A stretch of DNA of 64,000 nt from Eledone cirrhosa. Lineage: Eukaryota. The notes beneath the pieces are model-generated. The model did no database searches. It saw nothing but the letters and a program-made list of their open reading frames with translations, and was not told the DNA's origin. Positions 59,824 through 64,000 of the stretch are shown one piece after another (the first letter of the stretch is position 1; every line of letters starts with the position of its first letter). The translations under genes and the position numbers were made by a program. Location: NCBI GenBank assembly GCA_964016885.1, contig OZ024758.1, positions 19,840,001 through 19,904,000 of the forward strand, in the 5' to 3' direction.

Positions 59824-60359
59824 GGTATTCTCGAATATTTAAGCGGCTGCCACGCAGTTCCTGAACAAAAATTCGAAAATATAAATCCACTTTAAGACTT
59901 AAAATAATTAGATATAGCGTATTGTGAAATTTGAAGAAAGTAGGTTGATTAATGCGGAAGCTAGAGCCGAAGAAGTGTAAATTTGAGTATAAAAGTGGTA
60001 AATTTGAATATTTAAGCGACTGCTACGCCGTCCCTAAACAACAAATCCAAAATATAAAGCGACTACATGATGTGCAATGATACATTCTATTTTGCCTTAA
60101 AGTTTGAACGAAATTCGTGGCAAAATGTGGGAGCTAGAGCCAAAAATCTTATTTTTCGATACCTAAATAAAAGGTGACACCCTCTATTGATTTTTATCTG
60201 CAGAATGACCCCAGAATAAAAAGAATATACGCTGATCTATGGAAATCAATCCACGATGACTAATCTATGAGCTTGTAAAATTTCATGAAAACCGGTCGTA
60301 AGATGTAGGCCCCTATAGGTAATACACAGACACACATACTTAATTTATATATATACAGA
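59824..60359 (-). mobile_element. Helitron-like non-autonomous element, 5' portion, with an internal ~174-bp diverged duplication
   Basis: Minus strand begins A|TCTGTATATATATAAATTAAGTATGTGTGTCTGTG...ACCGGTTTTCATGAAATTTT, similar in layout to 37327. GAATATTTAAGCG.CTGC...GCTAGAGCC occurs twice. Confidence 0.5.
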
Positions 60360-60417
60360 TATATATATATTTATTTATAGATAATTTAATATATCTACTA
60401 ACATAAGCGCACAGATG

Positions 60418-60497
<80 letters not shown>

Positions 60498-60980
60498 CAT
60501 ACGCACTAATATATATGATTGCGTGAGCTTACATATGCATTCGCTGATACATATAATAAAACTGAATCACTAATGCGAATAATGTAACAGGAGGAAGTGA
60601 AAATCAGAGGTGTTAGGTGAGATGAAAACGAGGAAAAAATGAATTAGATATATTAAGTTGAGATCATATAATTACTCGCGAGAATATACTTTATACGTTA
60701 AAAGTGTTAGAAATAGCTTTGTTGTGATTAGTATAATCTGAAACAATTAGAGGAGGTTTCTTGCGCAAGATGTTATGGAAGTCGCTTTATTGTGATATTT
60801 GATATTACGCTAGTCGATAGTATAGACGACAAGCTGACTAAGGTTCAGGCTGAATATACACCAGCAGTCATTTTTATAGATCGCATGCATACTGTCATAT
60901 GTGCAAACACCTATAAACACGCCCGCATATAGCGTATCTCTTTCAGCCAAAACCTACCTCGCTATTTTTCTTTGTGTGTA

Positions 60981-61013
<33 letters not shown>

Positions 61014-61048
61014 TGTCGGATCTAGCCGTCAGGGTCCTCACTCTTTTG

Positions 61049-61106
<58 letters not shown>

Positions 61107-61479
61107 AAATATTTGCTAGTTTACCACTTGTTAGAATTGGTAATTCTGAAATGTTAACTATTCCCGCAATATGAGATAGGCACTTGACGTTATGCAACTC
61201 GTCCATCTTTGATGTTGGTGGTGCGGGAATAGATTAAATGGAGTAAAAAGTGAAATGACAGGAGGCCAGATGCCAACTATGTTGAACGACCTTAATTATT
61301 TATTATTGCAAACACGATACACACTTCAGTGACTGGTTTGCGAGGCAATGTAACAACATGCTGCTTCGTTCGACTCTGGCTCAAAAACATAAACACTCTA
61401 TTTTCTTCTCTGTATTTTTCTTTGCTTGTTTCCTGAAACTTTACCATCATTCCGCTGGTATACATGTATTACCTAATTT

Positions 61480-61537
61480 ACACCTGAAGATGTCACCGGG
61501 TTCTTGCACAACCTGGCCACTGAAACGTGCATAGTGT
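61480..61537 (+). ncRNA. Hammerhead-like motif, slightly degenerate
   Basis: acac-CTGAAGA-tgtcaccgggtt(cttgcac)aacctggccact-GAAA-cgtgca-TA-gtgt, followed by AATAAA; one mismatch in stem III. Confidence 0.55.
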
Positions 61538-63257
61538 TTGCAAAAATAAATAATTAAGGAAATTCAACATATTTGTCCTCCTGTTATTTCATTTTATATT
61601 TGATGTATACAGAGAGAAACAGAGAGAGAGGTGTAATAGATGGAAGGTGCAGGTATGTATGTTTTGTGAAGGAAATCAGGTCTCAAATAGGTGGTTCAAT
61701 GTTCATGTTCGCTACGAGGCACTTTGCCCAATTTTCTTCTACGATAACATTAGATTCACAAATGTTCTATAAAAGATATGCTAAGGTATATACAAATTGT
61801 TTCTTTAACACATTTGATATCATGCGATTTGAAACCTTCTTTTTTAAATATATATATATACTGTATATATACAATTTTCCGTCATAATATTACGTAAAAT
61901 ATGTTGTTAAATTGTACTTAATTCCTGCACTGACTTAATAATTCCAAACTTATTTAAACGTCACAGCAGTGTATTTCATTAGAAATTTGGTAACGAAAGT
62001 TGTAATAATTCACAATAGAGAATAAAAAAAAACGCTTGTATATTTTTTCTTTCTAAGGAATTCCATTTCCATATCAATGTTAAAAATAGGAGTAAATATT
62101 CAATTGAATAATTCTTTCATTTTAGAAATAATTAACGGAATTTAAACATGCGAATGTAAAACGTAGCCATAAATGCATCCAACATGGTTGTTAATGAAAT
62201 ACAAACTTTCTAAGAAATATATTTTAATTGAATATATACAAAGTATACACAGTATATGAAGCTTATCAGAAGTGTGCGAAATGATGTATGGATGGATGTC
62301 TGGTGTAGAAATATATACAAATACGTTCTAAAGTTTAAATGATGATACCCGGACGCAGCTGAACTGCTTCACATACCTAAGGGAGCAATATTTACCTCGC
62401 CAAATATAACTCATCGAATCAATTAGAGGAATATTAAATCAAAATGAAAGTTGTGTTTACCTTCTTAGAAAACTACCAGAAACTATACATATTTCAGGGT
62501 AAAATTTGATTATTTCGAAAGTGAAAATAAATTTACTGTTCTATAATAAGGTTTGAAGTTGAATTTCGCGAACAATTTGGAGTTTGAAAAAATATGAAAT
62601 CTGTTTATCTCTTATTATTTTTTAGAGCGAAAAGAATTATTTGTTTGTTGGTAGGTAGACATACATATCTCTTGGTGCTTTTAATAGATTCGTGAGACAG
62701 GGTTATTGTTCCAACAGTATGTCCTATTCTCAAAGTCGGAGACATTGAATAGGGCTTTAGGAACAGTCCTTCATTTCCCGACTAATTATCAAAAACACGA
62801 GGCTTATTCTAAAGGAAAACTTTTTACTTTGGTTGTAGTAATTCTTTACATTTAAGAATATGTATTAATTTATGACATATCGCATTAATGTAAATAATTA
62901 AGCAAGTTTCTCAATACATCGTGTGGTATCATGTAGGATCCCTCTGTCCAGTTTTATAAAATTGTATCTAACAATAATTTATCCCTATCAACTAACATTT
63001 CAGCTATCTGAACTGAATTGTGACTGTATGTGTTGTATTGAAGCGAATAACTATGTGTATACTCTGGGAATGTATCTTACACTGCCCATTGAGTACGCTG
63101 AGATACAACCGGTCATGGCATTGATAAATATGCTGGGTCCATCAACTCCTTATTATTATATATATTTATATATATATATGTGTGTGTGGGTGTGTATGGG
63201 TGTGTCCATTGTATAAGTATAGGTATGTATATGTATGTATATATATATATATATATA

Positions 63258-63623
63258 TATTGGTAAACGGAATAGAAAATGCTGACAAATTGTTCACAGT
63301 TGAAAAATGGTTTAATTAGGAATAAAAGAGTATTAGTGATTGTATGGGTTAGTATTCAGTTGTGGTTTTAAGTTTCTAAGTTTTTAACATAAAAACGGGT
63401 AGAATTCCCAAAACTAATCAGATCAGAGCAAACAGCACGGACACTCTATCTCAAAATTATTTTTGAAAAGCATTTAGAAATGCGCAACCAGTAAACACTT
63501 AAAAACTTAAAACCACAACTGAATACTAACCCATACAATCACTAATACTCTTTTATTCTTAATTAAACCATTTTTCAACTGTGAACAATTTGTCAGCATT
63601 TTCTATTCCGTTTACCAATATAT
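63258..63623. repeat. Fold-back element with ~125-bp near-perfect inverted arms and ~110-bp spacer
   Basis: TATTGGTAAACGGAATAGAAAATGCTGACAAATTG...TTTTAAGTTT is mirrored by AAACTTAAAACCACAAC...TTCCGTTTACCAATA; flanked by TA. Confidence 0.9.
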
Positions 63624-63653
63624 AATAACTTGTGTGTTACACCTCTATTCTTT

Positions 63654-63699
<46 letters not shown>

Positions 63700-63742
63700 T
63701 GTGTGTGTGCGTCGATGTATATTATATGTATATAAGAAAAGG

Positions 63743-63792
<50 letters not shown>

Positions 63793-64000
63793 GAAGTTCA
63801 ATTTAAATTATTGGGATACAACAAGCAAATATTAGTATAAAATAAATGGATAACCCTGCTATCCGGGAGCTTCCAAAAGAAATGGTAGCACTTTTTAAGG
63901 GTATGTCAATATTTATTTATAAAACTGCTCTATATTATATCTTATGTAATGAAAGCACACCATCATTTTAACTTGGTGTCCTTGAAATATGTATAATGAA

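Overview
AT-rich eukaryotic intergenic or intronic DNA with no recognisable host gene. The SINE family and the extreme (TA)n load suggest an octopus/cephalopod genome (inference). Roughly a third of the window is kilobase-scale (TA)n-derived microsatellite, which accounts for nearly all of the [12 protein letters not shown] ORFs. Embedded in or next to these tracts are: (i) a young 5'-truncated CR1-group LINE with an uninterrupted APE-RT ORF (26597-29390, -); (ii) an R4/Dong-like RT+REL retrotransposon with one frameshift (55355-58320, -); (iii) two Penelope-like element (PLE) remnants with GIY-YIG domains; (iv) tRNA-derived SINEs, four RTE-derived non-autonomous elements, Helitron-like elements and a mariner fragment. 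The main hidden signal is RNA structure: more than a dozen type I hammerhead ribozyme (HHR) motifs on both strands. The strongest case is a 310-bp head-to-tail array (52094-53359, running into an N gap). Each unit carries an intact minimal HHR on the minus strand within a highly base-paired sequence, so it is a candidate non-LTR retrozyme producing a ~310-nt viroid-like circular RNA. Several ~500-bp fold-back elements also carry one HHR motif in each arm. All calls are by eye; no alignment, folding or database search was run.
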